DNA from: Endomicrobiales bacterium
GTDB taxonomy: Bacteria > Elusimicrobiota > Endomicrobiia > Endomicrobiales > JALOBY01
DNA: 64,000 nucleotides
Direction of reading: 5' to 3'
Assembly (NCBI GenBank): GCA_963796955.1
Contig: CAWCNJ010000005.1
Span: 64,001 to 128,000 of the forward strand
In this document: one piece after another, positions 37,301-40,624 of the stretch
How the letters are laid out: every line of letters begins with the position of its first letter
Numbering within the stretch: the first letter of the stretch is position 1
Notes under the pieces: model-generated
The model's database searches: none
What the model saw: only the letters and a program-made list of their open reading frames with translations
Told to the model about the DNA's origin: nothing
Position numbers and translations under genes: made by a program

Positions 37301-38817
37301 CCGCCGGTGACTACTACAACGATTTCAGAGTTTTTAAGTGACTCTAAAATCGAGACCGGGGTCCGGAGACCGGAGTCCGGAGTGACGCCTAACTCCTGAG
37401 CTCCACGGCATGGCGTTGTCTTCGCTCCGGGCGCCGGACTCCGGGCTCCGAGCTCTGTTATGTTGCGCAGAAAGCAATAATTCCTATCAGAATTGGCTTT
37501 GTAATAGTCGTTCAGTAGTGCAAATTCGGGGGCGAGTTCTGCCATTTTATTGCCGTATACGTATTTCCCCCATATTTTTTGGAACGCATCAAAGTTCTGA
37601 GAGAAATAGGCATAATCATCGGCCGAGAGGCTGGCAAAAAGATAGTCTTGAAAGATAGTGAAGAAATCGGCGGCAAAAGACACTTCAATTTCGGCTTTGT
37701 CGCGGGAAAGCGCCAGGCGAATGTCGGCAACCATGCGCTTCTCTTCTTCTATCAGCTGTAGCGGGTTAATGTTCTGGTTATTTTCCACATAGTCAAAAAA
37801 TGCATAGAGGTCCTTAAGGTTACCGCGATAGCCAGCCAGCGCCGGGCCTTTGGCAAGGGCGGCTAGATAAAAATAGAGTTCTTCTTGTTTTGAAAAATTG
37901 CTTGTCTTTTCAGCTAATTCGTTGTAAACACTAAAGGATACATTTGCTTTCATCAGACGCATGAACTGGGCCAGCTGTTGCGGCACTTTTTTGTAGCGTA
38001 TCTCTTTGCCAAGCCGCAAGTGCTCCATATATGCCGCGATATGCGGGTAGTCCGCCATAGTCACATCAAGGATGTTGTTATACTTTTTTGGGTGTTTGTG
38101 AATAGTTTCTATATAACCGGCGAGTTTTATGTAATATTTATCAGCGCCGAGCTCCCCCTTTCTGTGCTGGGCCAGCATATGGTTGAAATCTCTGTTCTTT
38201 GATGAAAGATACTTTGCTTTTATGAAAGCAAGGTCTTTATTGAGCTCTTTTATTTTAGACTGATATTTCAACTTGTTTTCTACTATCTTGCCGAGCCGGA
38301 CAAGATTTTGCTGGTGCAGTTTTTTGTCTTCTATACCCTTCAGCAGACCCGGCCTGCCAGCGGTTGCCGAATAGTACTCGGTACCGGTAAGCCTGCCCTG
38401 TTCAAGTAAGCCATCCGCTATTTCTTTTTTTACGCTTTCATCTTGCACATTGCAAAGCCAGCAGGTACTAACATTGCCGTAACCGCCCTCCACATACACT
38501 TTCTTAAGGCCGTATTTAGAATCCAGCGCACCGATTATGCTGGAAATATTACGCTGCACTTCGGGGTTACAGTGCAGGTCCTGAATGTTTATAACTAACG
38601 GCGAGTCCGGAGTCCGAAGTCCGGAGACCGGAGAACACGACGCGACAAACGAATCGGTTATTCTGCCGCAGCTTGCAGGAATGATTGAATTTTCAATTGC
38701 TTTTTTGAATTGGTCTGTATTGTTTTTTGGGTCAACAGCGGCGTAGAGCGGATCCCCTATGACAAAGGAGCCAAGAAAGCAGGCAAGAGTGATGGTTGAA
38801 ACAATTTTTTTGATCAT
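19357..38817 (-). CDS. Giant (~6,490 aa) exported multidomain polyprotein with repeated spacer domains and enzyme cargo modules
   Basis: Uninterrupted ORF with an N-terminal signal peptide from ATG 38817. Motifs: IQDLH/VEG/GGFH, HCDL...IIDWE, SDVDSTL..GDS, HISV/HITL, LDDD, Mpv17-like TM block, LGAG..DFNAGN, GDLH/GNHD/HGG/GHS. Confidence 0.9.
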   Translation of the reverse strand: MIKKIVSTITLACFLGSFVIGDPLYAAVDPKNNTDQFKKAIENSIIPASCGRITDSFVASCSPVSGLRTPDSPLVINIQDLHCNPEVQRNISSIIGALDSKYGLKKVYVEGGYGNVSTCWLCNVQDESVKKEIADGLLEQGRLTGTEYYSATAGRPGLLKGIEDKKLHQQNLVRLGKIVENKLKYQSKIKELNKDLAFIKAKYLSSKNRDFNHMLAQHRKGELGADKYYIKLAGYIETIHKHPKKYNNILDVTMADYPHIAAYMEHLRLGKEIRYKKVPQQLAQFMRLMKANVSFSVYNELAEKTSNFSKQEELYFYLAALAKGPALAGYRGNLKDLYAFFDYVENNQNINPLQLIEEEKRMVADIRLALSRDKAEIEVSFAADFFTIFQDYLFASLSADDYAYFSQNFDAFQKIWGKYVYGNKMAELAPEFALLNDYYKANSDRNYCFLRNITELGARSPAPGAKTTPCRGAQELGVTPDSGLRTPVSILESLKNSEIVVVVTGGFHSEGLRKILRERNVSYLTVTPNITKDNAVAGTIYAELAKQQAKLFAAQSLALTLGSTDAKVISATKDKIVVELNGKEITLNRNAQNKFKLTAGTDNAGALSKEAFEEAVNAAQALAELCRDLANPLTIVEPMYRLMKAFATQAGKTAFLTGNGIIWKIASNPVVQEAINKYENLTPEDLNQLADTFQQIITGHAEQQERLAELAAHNPLIYAICQLPELVNLVKSDTGVTAAEEPGEYANSSKSGTEVPSIKNQEGEDIKNAVEQYNLGSFVSYSFIRGYSNKTYCLTTSTGKYFLKHNLKYAGDTEELANLEMLLSTHINKICEENGFSWRVPKLYVNRKGKAVTKIGIKSFMIYDYFEGDFAAHGDSVGRKLKPTAVMMNQMHFALSSFKFNGKITRRYNAYRDFTQQIKAFEKLKEDLEKISENQRSDAHKRTLAAISPFIDVLKKIEVIFPKETYENLYKQWVHCDLGNSHLMYEGDTPILIIDWEVAAFDSPAVDFIKGIVPLDTKDNYDTLIDFVANYQIAGEKTHFKLDDSTIKYIPYILLVDGIRVASRILFVKDFNNSDTNLPISQMEVTTQLSTIDYSNFYWRVQERIAQIKSAKTCLVREKTSASRNLLEIDGSGARPQLLTTAAKTADRERYLQQIPEGLDPDKTVHVRAIVSDVDSTLTPDGESPLSVANAEMICAALEKGIPVLLITGSPFQPRLEVQTYNGDVKDAVVAMDFTDSLSTRILPDIEKLLRARGRIDALQKLEIKAGTGMETATFDAAGKIYYKKEHKNLIAGTDQADIARAMAIGFMKVFGRHMKDEHMFDTYIKELNETRRFADIIKIFDRAVAEKTGTDAMFWLFDSELVLRTHNAPVSMEEVRAEVEHSGLLNTQRFSKENGFFAGSGEQFYKISRMDKAGTVDEWLKGVEGNGAVLGFGDSNIDTFLWDVSSKEYFPFYLGFAKDSAKHKGLITVLDDTGKDLTKNRGSEKMLRQFIAAHDKAPQRTIKFIDGLYSYDDVMTVQTGNNGLSAKNDERLLKHGIDPKGLVDAIKTMFGPELYTLWAGIGAPFGTTFEQGLSAVLSDLKDTGTDALFVPEAKNCHISVLGGTTETFVKKPYTETEVTAVQQQAQRSCADVAGFTAKAAGKLRLTETGTVIYEITPEQSPEVVQGINRIRSALQLENMVAPKIVHITLGRIRTQDITEAQLQKIEAVIAKHNAAQTLANRLDVTKLTINSSNVRTDDIRKQETVQLKNVPGNVVAEKPSSESIDQKPGNKSARSRLRGFLGISRKVIEGAIDALKDARLFQTMESAVNIAERVMTPTILEPAHIKFEKSYTAEQMDRSLLVEVNALRKAANKPLITKVVFREYDYPVIVSPDGLGLAALDTSEMDNGVLTLNCASCGSDTRVMLARFGHEGGEYLALNEKGSPQYKALDCFIGKNHKARGDISENERFEWWHNCQKILAQLSWEEFNTKYQANIPVDKTLTKVEFESLQNIAKLDVPILETAIPTIASALASAVLNGIPAEKPALAAVEAVIIKYLTTPRSPIPQPLQVLDDSGYVFSQLIPLIKELEDKVAENTDLTQQRRDAVASLGILKRMGYLPADYHIAEAAQQHIANLAKEHTNYYKDDYLALIDALKTAGIVQEFYVPDEVAQSLIETRYAHGYGMLAELLQRGCVRHEAIRSLQLEAKARRLLEISGYTDETLVPIVRCLSLLKRNGLLASEPVFNKEQYDYMLVANDLLKYESRINERKAKLKALNFLIDSDMSLPTPFDREKYVTMLEECLKEPKLKEDASLLALTLAEKKLIDGNDVARLHIIEDMKTMLGAKDAFARRYAAWYLAMLKKAGYANEILSADIMRELALGKDLEYSSYAESSDTNIAASLQALETLTKSGMVELGEKLLLEDDAGRAGVVQKCLEQAGRHGNTGLVSARLLSFLMDNKIVERAWSYYYDRPGIAMSQERTMSSPVESMWPQAVAENLLGGVAHPVFNWLKECRVPAESLELLVRSGVITGAEMAAAKRARQDNESNIPHFPFGQLTTWMTTSSGNDGKQAFFEAMEHLWRAGMLVSPQDADKLFSGLADLPSEMDVATAEKAFAIVRARVFLHGDGAAGECTETVERLINRLAGHDDERIEALRPLLHAMDFLAEHGSANAKEFLARQPTKDMFAARDRDAVDAILANAEMNDEPLARQAAELLVHLHIFDKSNIDDCAKFLQTVGKEKFEPAFAALNAVLATGAISKDNFQALRGLYERIQCGNFEEYYDCKTDAFAALGAFAKAGVLRPDNITVVNELLVPNKNSTVYDPAARYQALKVLADHKVVTPETLYIVSVLFSFLDEKQVAGTAGTGIIALVESGELHAGNIFLFATLCGMATLNRFKTAEMICNVRAAFKTHQCRAMDAPGEFMPTLDVDGWFDMMTGWYFGKPTTAQFQCLKLIYERVRTAKTIESQNALLGFLFNDTARQFVITKAYTVGSTQPFLLAFIDSGLGAGQLAGKIFEQYEAFVKQAGEYSLKDDDSARGILTYFAELGKRLSDESTYNVFVDIPVVVATAGNMKALQEFIGASHGVELEAKLELVRVCGNSGIGPRSFEIVKKQYSSQRRNERLSFLRGAANAIEGMCLTPQDSDTVWELYFKEALPRFGFMTNRTFFEMFLCLRRVMQPNEDLAQEMKALGITEQGEAGIRQLAELVRSINRQLFDKMDIPDNWTYSPLMMGIVGMVTGFNSAPNWGHGSKRGLDIAQFIRNFNARKAAGMVPPLKPEYAENISYTFEVRKAGKATFSNVAADAFDQFKEAILKAEEIVKQEQTPEKVLAKLKAEYAEAALSDTDKQAVANATNLIELAAVLTPSSAVITIMAAQLLSTPEYQEFTTGLLMSVRSGLSVQSVAALIEMRNVMLKDHVLAQTPDEMKRSILKKMWIKTFEEELGRIRTIEGDKLRITARPTKGVIGEMAGDLGDACYTAVSNIMEKKNLTAVALSEGSGEEEQFAGSTLLLENTVGGNPVLILRAIDPSARITEKYSTDDILEGVIGYAEDIARTIEAKTGKKVKVLAPLDMQGALSNRAQITKSAFQAFVLGSALTLDQTETFNGYDITASCYEVRSHRNAAGGFLGVSKKALQVAMQTLKQVGLVPSGEDEAKLAENVLARFGFDPSKPDGIEEFTLDQIAQISPAAKGLLDQFNALRKAKGLPEITTVKFNKHTGEIIATKDGMGLANMDAPGNTGTLTMDAARYSSPEEALARFAHELAEHMALNEPDSIQAKVLEYFVGYHKARGDIFPVTRFEQWHACQKWISGLAHDSPEIQGILVKNRISKQDFDALKEFAQQDAKLIETSLPTIAQSLAEALVRIFPVVNLAQVSTALLDYLTTSLSTTTPPKAPAPKATTESDEIAYTLMQQRMETNDWPVLIDGKIEFVPVRVKLDQDDAMKMEDARKEFRQRRPEFVRVAEEYFAQVRKYQEGEVRAFNKDGAAREISVAMVTLSNRSENLERRLNELEVLAKDHAVELVLVIADRNNFSREREIALTRLCQSVHYPVKIVVSNINNIRVNMNLGTIHSSGKYRVYLDDDVKMVGPAIPRAIKLLKDRPEIGIASLPVFESGEPLRPRSNQLKYPLGNGVYYSSEMDGMLMVVPDEIATAMPFPPDHNNDGNSEWARRIRECGFLFGYLMTPETHLIHEDVSWRSTSSVNLTNFIIASFLRYYRRSEDIDRAGFDMQIVNSVHKRVNGDVSALAVLEFFRLTRDDINDLLEKPGLNEQDYIRKFDGYLHENAFYRANRDNVISALARLYENRDTHSQYKKTIKAYGLAKVNSFLSPLRYEYSENATPQPEPAPSSTAVRVKESLIYTALIGLFAVFAHFVLGVHGASIFGHYKLSVLPQLMTQGFLSSIVATYISQRIDKNILHKTAKNDIWRILRYALTAALFFAPVYGLFVYGWVINFIHGKISQTLVNQIILSPLLFNPVNQFAGYYFKEGLSYSKSVDRLRKNSADYTFLSFFAWSVIIFVSLLQPDTVKRNLVSTVGGMIWGMFTPLIFQESNLNVLAMLKSKLPKFAFKALNWSLPGKLSKNSAGIVVVSSLYWMCGATVLFIAFVAVPSMPFIIAGAVLFAILWWPALKVFQIKGRSQNNESAVSSREPQRTWAVPDSMNETSVAPHADIKSGFLGFSRAALTGAIRTLKQIGMVPSCEDETKLAENVLARFGFDPSKPDGIEEFTLDQIAQISPAARGLLDQFNALRTAKALPEIKTVKFNRHTGAVIATDDGIGLANMPSFAKAQADKDVLLVDLAAYKNTNEAIARFSHELAEHMALNEPNSIQAKVLKYFLANYKPRGDLSPFEQWHACEQWLATETALSPEFVNIQEFAKQDSEVINSSISIISQNLVHAIARLFPFLDFAGFSQELSSYLIRSLYSYKFDGQNLVLNGKPLTKLGAGKLSAVYRDGSIAIRVMPHSSEQGAQKEKDAYVELFDAGIPVPRAFRAGSTSGSKCGYLEVEYIDGIDIEKAAQTGQMSNEEWELVFNAFDLLINKGYAFPMYDRNMGEFIPDFNAGNVMVETRGKTGRRALFNDALYIDKYSEPAKLMLFCYTLKYTRLGWDKADPEKLLGKYLLRAAYERREINKEEAEYYATTSFGSTLDAILHEPEIAAQARAAGGIVQPQDLRQPDRESLKDIDTQLGAVVALAAQVNSLDSFAVDYVRTSFTGIMGKLGFRKDISFLYNVFLSDGQMDTYGTLLAVDWKESPLIVNSLRNRSQILKMLETLSPAQTAVLIRRSRVFKAIVKKFSAEEFNGVSKKVADALMILFANAKGAQAGDFEWISANPPVWTATLLRDLKASHLEYCKANGKGVDSNEYYFTPWIELIENSLYDRSDAFRSGGSLHADAARMFQEIDLSKHNMNRAVREVFGLIAGKGNPNNSGFPRPLTTDATVTNYIAKHPVMRFIYNHNILWLGRGFVVAWVSIERGPLGAARAELVQISCAIGLKIGGNTKIYDSFIDAHKPQGMRYAQWLASPDRRARVSALANIEAVVRDLIPPGTEWTGLLDNTALSNAIAEAIVNVHWHYNLGVLIKTTVVNIGRVLTFKKPIRYSLLTTDGSASSVDLGLLLEEIRSNGNYHEDRLANELRFEEEIKKTLLGKEEAIAQLEEYNKVLKERQGKYQRGALVDLSKLPEGKEVIIVGDLHANLSNLQKILNTNDNFGKIQRGEAVIVILGDAVHREDLYGIEEMGSSIGTMQFIMQLTIQNPDGVYYVAGNHDLDIRMGPRRTTNFKMVNQFAEYENALIRQYGRDYLKLYNSALGLSPLAVLGKDFVAAHGGPVKGDADAQAIEKANPLDCANRLVEDLIWGREETDNPINEFTKRDVLDFLSRMGVPGGTLVVGHSRLGGRKGWVWKSFDGRLVTTLSEKETAGYVSFKSGNPNPDLIDVSKASNKLNFEQLKIPMPPASFIPKLAAEASLDWHVVKAAELELAVKDFGAASIDAAGRVRTEIYCMDKRPDGWEDHDWQDLGINVNGKPIWACSKEGALTVFSEGSDAHVVAQTINGAITDEPGMKGDAWAEEKLSDLLMATNSDLRSRGFVPGFIIDHSASEKSIQNMSDGSVAVSSDFFDVPGLSRREAIPVKLAELEVIRKAESEALPQNIFIRLDGQANITDFMANLEAFNKAGNGQMIVEPAVFGGISDERIEALVELARKRGVRICVDLTADIGTTDRYRALGFYGYISGRGDQQKLIRYIDQAAMRAEDITGYDGAPALRSKLGSSKSPCKILKLSELKGLLKGGDRPITDRTALAEILKTAVLSLYSANTLSENYVKNVAYSWDRDVLPAMPADTVQFAKDAKTGNVAAIKTAMGIHESGAVKTYLEKIQKEDPAQYPVLEKAFLIALAEKMFAKSRLGNGEHDCLVDGDLEVILGKDLIEQQAGALEAKGTAIPPDLAARKELTNTAEFYRKLRENVFSLHDSTKPQDINTVIALIVAYAERKLPKNIRIDQTIFDSEAVAEVLRAG
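24120..24865 (-). repeat. Internal spacer-domain repeat copy R3 of the giant protein
   Basis: GFLG...RFSHELAEHMALNEP..IQAKVL...RGD...FEQWHAC; homologous to R1 and R2. Confidence 0.9.
27225..28006 (-). repeat. Internal spacer-domain repeat copy R2 of the giant protein
   Basis: GFLG...RFAHELAEHMALNEP...RGD...FEQWHAC...YLTT. Positions 27807-27912 are identical to 24666-24771. Confidence 0.9.
32698..33485 (-). repeat. Internal spacer-domain repeat copy R1 of the giant protein (more diverged)
   Basis: RGFLG...NALRKA...ITKV.F...DGLGLA...RFGHEGGEYLALNE...HKARGD...FEWWHNC...YLTT. Confidence 0.85.
37352..37455. repeat. In-frame imperfect inverted repeat built of CCGGAG(T/A) heptamers
   Basis: Left arm GAGACCGGGGTCCGGAGACCGGAGTCCGGAG; right arm CTCCGGGCGCCGGACTCCGGGCTCCGAGCTC. 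Confidence 0.8.
38603..38634. repeat. In-frame heptamer tandem repeat (GAGTCCG)n
   Basis: GAGTCCG GAGTCCG AAGTCCG GAGACCG GAGA, encoding SPVSGLRTPDS. Confidence 0.8.
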
Positions 38818-38827
38818 AATTACCAAT

Positions 38828-38860
38828 AAAAAAACCCAATCACCTTACTGCGTAATTGGG
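38828..38860 (-). terminator. Intrinsic terminator/attenuator between the leader ORF and the giant gene
   Basis: CCCAATTAC-gcagTAAg-GTGATTGGG-TTTTTTT. The leader stop codon is in the loop and the U-tract ends 10 nt before the giant-gene ATG. Confidence 0.75.
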
Positions 38861-39345
38861 CGTATGCTTCCACAGCTAAAAGCTATCACAGCAGGCAGAT
38901 TGCTCCTGTTAAGGGAAATAATGTATAGCAGTACAAATAATAATACCCACCCGCCTGGCGGACTCCCGGGCGGCGCCTGAGAACTGCCGACATCAGCCCC
39001 CGCGGCAGACAACCGCGCCTGAAAACGGCCATTCTGGTAATTAACTAACTTGCTTGAATTTTGAATATGTTTTTGAAGGTTTAAGAAAGGTGAAACTACT
39101 ACAGGCTGGCCAAGATCCTGGTTGTTGCCAGTCTTTTCCAGGGGCTTATATTCAGGGTACAGCGGAACGGCCCAGGTAACCAAAGCCTTAACAGAATTTA
39201 CCACCCGGTCTGCCTGCGCAAGCACTCCGCAAGCCGGTACATCGTTCGTTGATAATGCTGCAACTGTGGCAGGGCAGATAACAGTCATTAACGAACTGTT
39301 AAAAAGAAAGCAAAAAAGAATAAAAATACCCACTTGTCGCTTCAA
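38845..39345 (-). CDS. Membrane-anchored hypothetical protein (putative regulatory leader of the giant gene)
   Basis: TTG start with AAGGGG SD; N-terminal hydrophobic segment, QAPPGSPPGG, C-terminal TM helix. Confidence 0.7.
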   Translation of the reverse strand: MKRQVGIFILFCFLFNSSLMTVICPATVAALSTNDVPACGVLAQADRVVNSVKALVTWAVPLYPEYKPLEKTGNNQDLGQPVVVSPFLNLQKHIQNSSKLVNYQNGRFQARLSAAGADVGSSQAPPGSPPGGWVLLFVLLYIISLNRSNLPAVIAFSCGSIRPITQ

Positions 39346-39474
39346 GCTGTTTCCCCTTGGGTTGTCTGATACCTAAAGGATAACCATTGTATCTATATAC
39401 TGCAATAGATATTTATAGTATTACGGCTCGGATGTGAAAACCATGTGCACTAAAGGGAAACAAATTGTGTATTT

Positions 39475-40083
39475 TTATCTGTCGGCCCCGGCGTCGCGGC
39501 GAAGGCGGATATCGATGATAGTGTCGACCAGAGCGATCGCCGCGGCATTCAAAGACTCCTCGGCAGTAGGTGAGGCCTTGGTGGGATCGTTCTCGGGAGA
39601 TTTGTAATTAGCCGTAAAAAACACGCTTCCGTTATGCGCGTCAAAAAGCGTGGCTTTAACAAGCACCTCAACGGAATCGGTTATCAGCCCGTCTCCTGAA
39701 TCGTAATAGTCTTTCGGATGCAGCTCAAGCTCAATGCGCAGAAGCGCATCGTCTTCAGCAATAAGCGCCATATTCAGCAGTTCGCTATCGGTAAGATGGT
39801 ATTCCTCGTCCACCTGCAACAGCGTAGCGTCAGTGAATACATAGCGTTTTTTCAATTTCCCCGCGAAAGTATGCATAAAGATATTTTCCGGAGTGTCTGA
39901 TAGTTTTAATTTTAGGTTAGACATCGCTGGCCTGTAATCTACCGGCGCAAGCGCAACCCGCCTGACGTAATAAGACATACACTGATCCTGAACCTTTACA
40001 CGCATGCCCGGCGACACGCACCCGCAAAAGCACATAGCGAACAGCATACAAAGGATCAATGTTAGTCGTAAATTGCTCAACAA
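39475..40083 (-). CDS. Hypothetical lipoprotein (CsgG/LpoB/DUF799-like fold possible)
   Basis: Lipobox FCGC; RRVALAP strand; V.V.A.L.D...G..F pattern. Confidence 0.65.
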   Translation of the reverse strand: MLSNLRLTLILCMLFAMCFCGCVSPGMRVKVQDQCMSYYVRRVALAPVDYRPAMSNLKLKLSDTPENIFMHTFAGKLKKRYVFTDATLLQVDEEYHLTDSELLNMALIAEDDALLRIELELHPKDYYDSGDGLITDSVEVLVKATLFDAHNGSVFFTANYKSPENDPTKASPTAEESLNAAAIALVDTIIDIRLRRDAGADR

Positions 40084-40198
40084 ATTCCCCTTTCCAAAAG
40101 CGGCATCAACAAGTGATGCTATTTAATGTATTAAAATGATAACTCTTTGAGCGTGCCATGTCAAAACAAACAAGCCAGGTGAAAAATACGTGAAACCC

Positions 40199-40227
40199 CA
40201 GACAAACCCAATAAAATATAGTATAAT
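40199..40227 (+). promoter_or_regulatory. Probable promoter of the tRNA-Glu/serS transcript
   Basis: CAGACA-17 nt-TATAAT (40222-40227). Confidence 0.5.
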
Positions 40228-40392
40228 ACGTAGCATAAAATGCAACGAACACCGCCCTTGAAAGGCCCGCAGTGCGAGGAATAACGAGCACGAGACTTGC
40301 GGGGGGCGCGAGCGGTGAGCGCCCTGGAAAGCCGCAGAGAGGGCATAGCCAGACACACCACGAATTTTAGAAGCACACAAATATTGCAAGCT

Positions 40393-40466
40393 GCCGCTAT
40401 CGTCTAGTGGTCTAGGACATCGCCCTCTCAAGGCGGAGATCATGGGTTCGACCCCCATTAGCGGCG
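40393..40466 (+). tRNA. tRNA-Glu (anticodon CTC), CCA not encoded
   Basis: Acceptor GCCGCTA/TAGCGGC; D-arm TCGTCTAGTGGTCTAGGAC; anticodon loop CT-CTC-AA; T-arm ATGGG-TTCGACC-CCCAT. Confidence 0.96.
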
Positions 40467-40591
40467 ACCGAGTTGCCCTGAGCCGTCGCTGTCGTTTAGC
40501 GACGAGCGAAACGAGGGAGTCCCAGGATGGGGCGACCGAGTTGCCCTGAGCCGTCGCTGTCGTTTAGCGACGAGCGAAACGAGGGAGTCCC
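40463..40591 (+). repeat. tRNA-linked direct repeat, two identical 61-bp copies with a 68-bp period
   Basis: GGCGACCGAGTTGCCCTGAGCCGTCGCTGTCGTTTAGCGACGAGCGAAACGAGGGAGTCCC at 40463-40523 and 40531-40591. Confidence 0.95.
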
Positions 40592-40624
40592 CGAAGGGGA
40601 CGACACATTGCCGTTAAGGAATAT

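Noticed and set aside
19357..38817. NRPS/PKS, RTX adhesin, RHS/CDI toxin or intein-containing protein as the identity of the giant ORF
   Set aside because: No A/C/KS motifs, GGxGxD nonapeptides, YD/RHS core, haemagglutinin repeats or intein/Hint terminal motifs were found.
40234..40392. T-box riboswitch for serS, or SRP/6S/tmRNA/RNase P RNA
   Set aside because: No GGTGGNACC antiterminator motif or hallmark sequences of those RNAs, and a tRNA gene intervenes before serS.
40084..40392. oriC at the switch in gene orientation
   Set aside because: No cluster of DnaA boxes (TTATCCACA) seen and no dnaA/dnaN nearby; GC skew cannot be judged by eye.
40463..40591. CRISPR array or self-cleaving ribozyme (hammerhead, HDV-like/theta) in the tRNA-linked repeats
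   Set aside because: Only two 61-bp units with a 7-bp gap and no cas genes. CTGAGCC does not match the CUGANGA core, and there is too little sequence after the tRNA to form the HDV P1-P3 helices.
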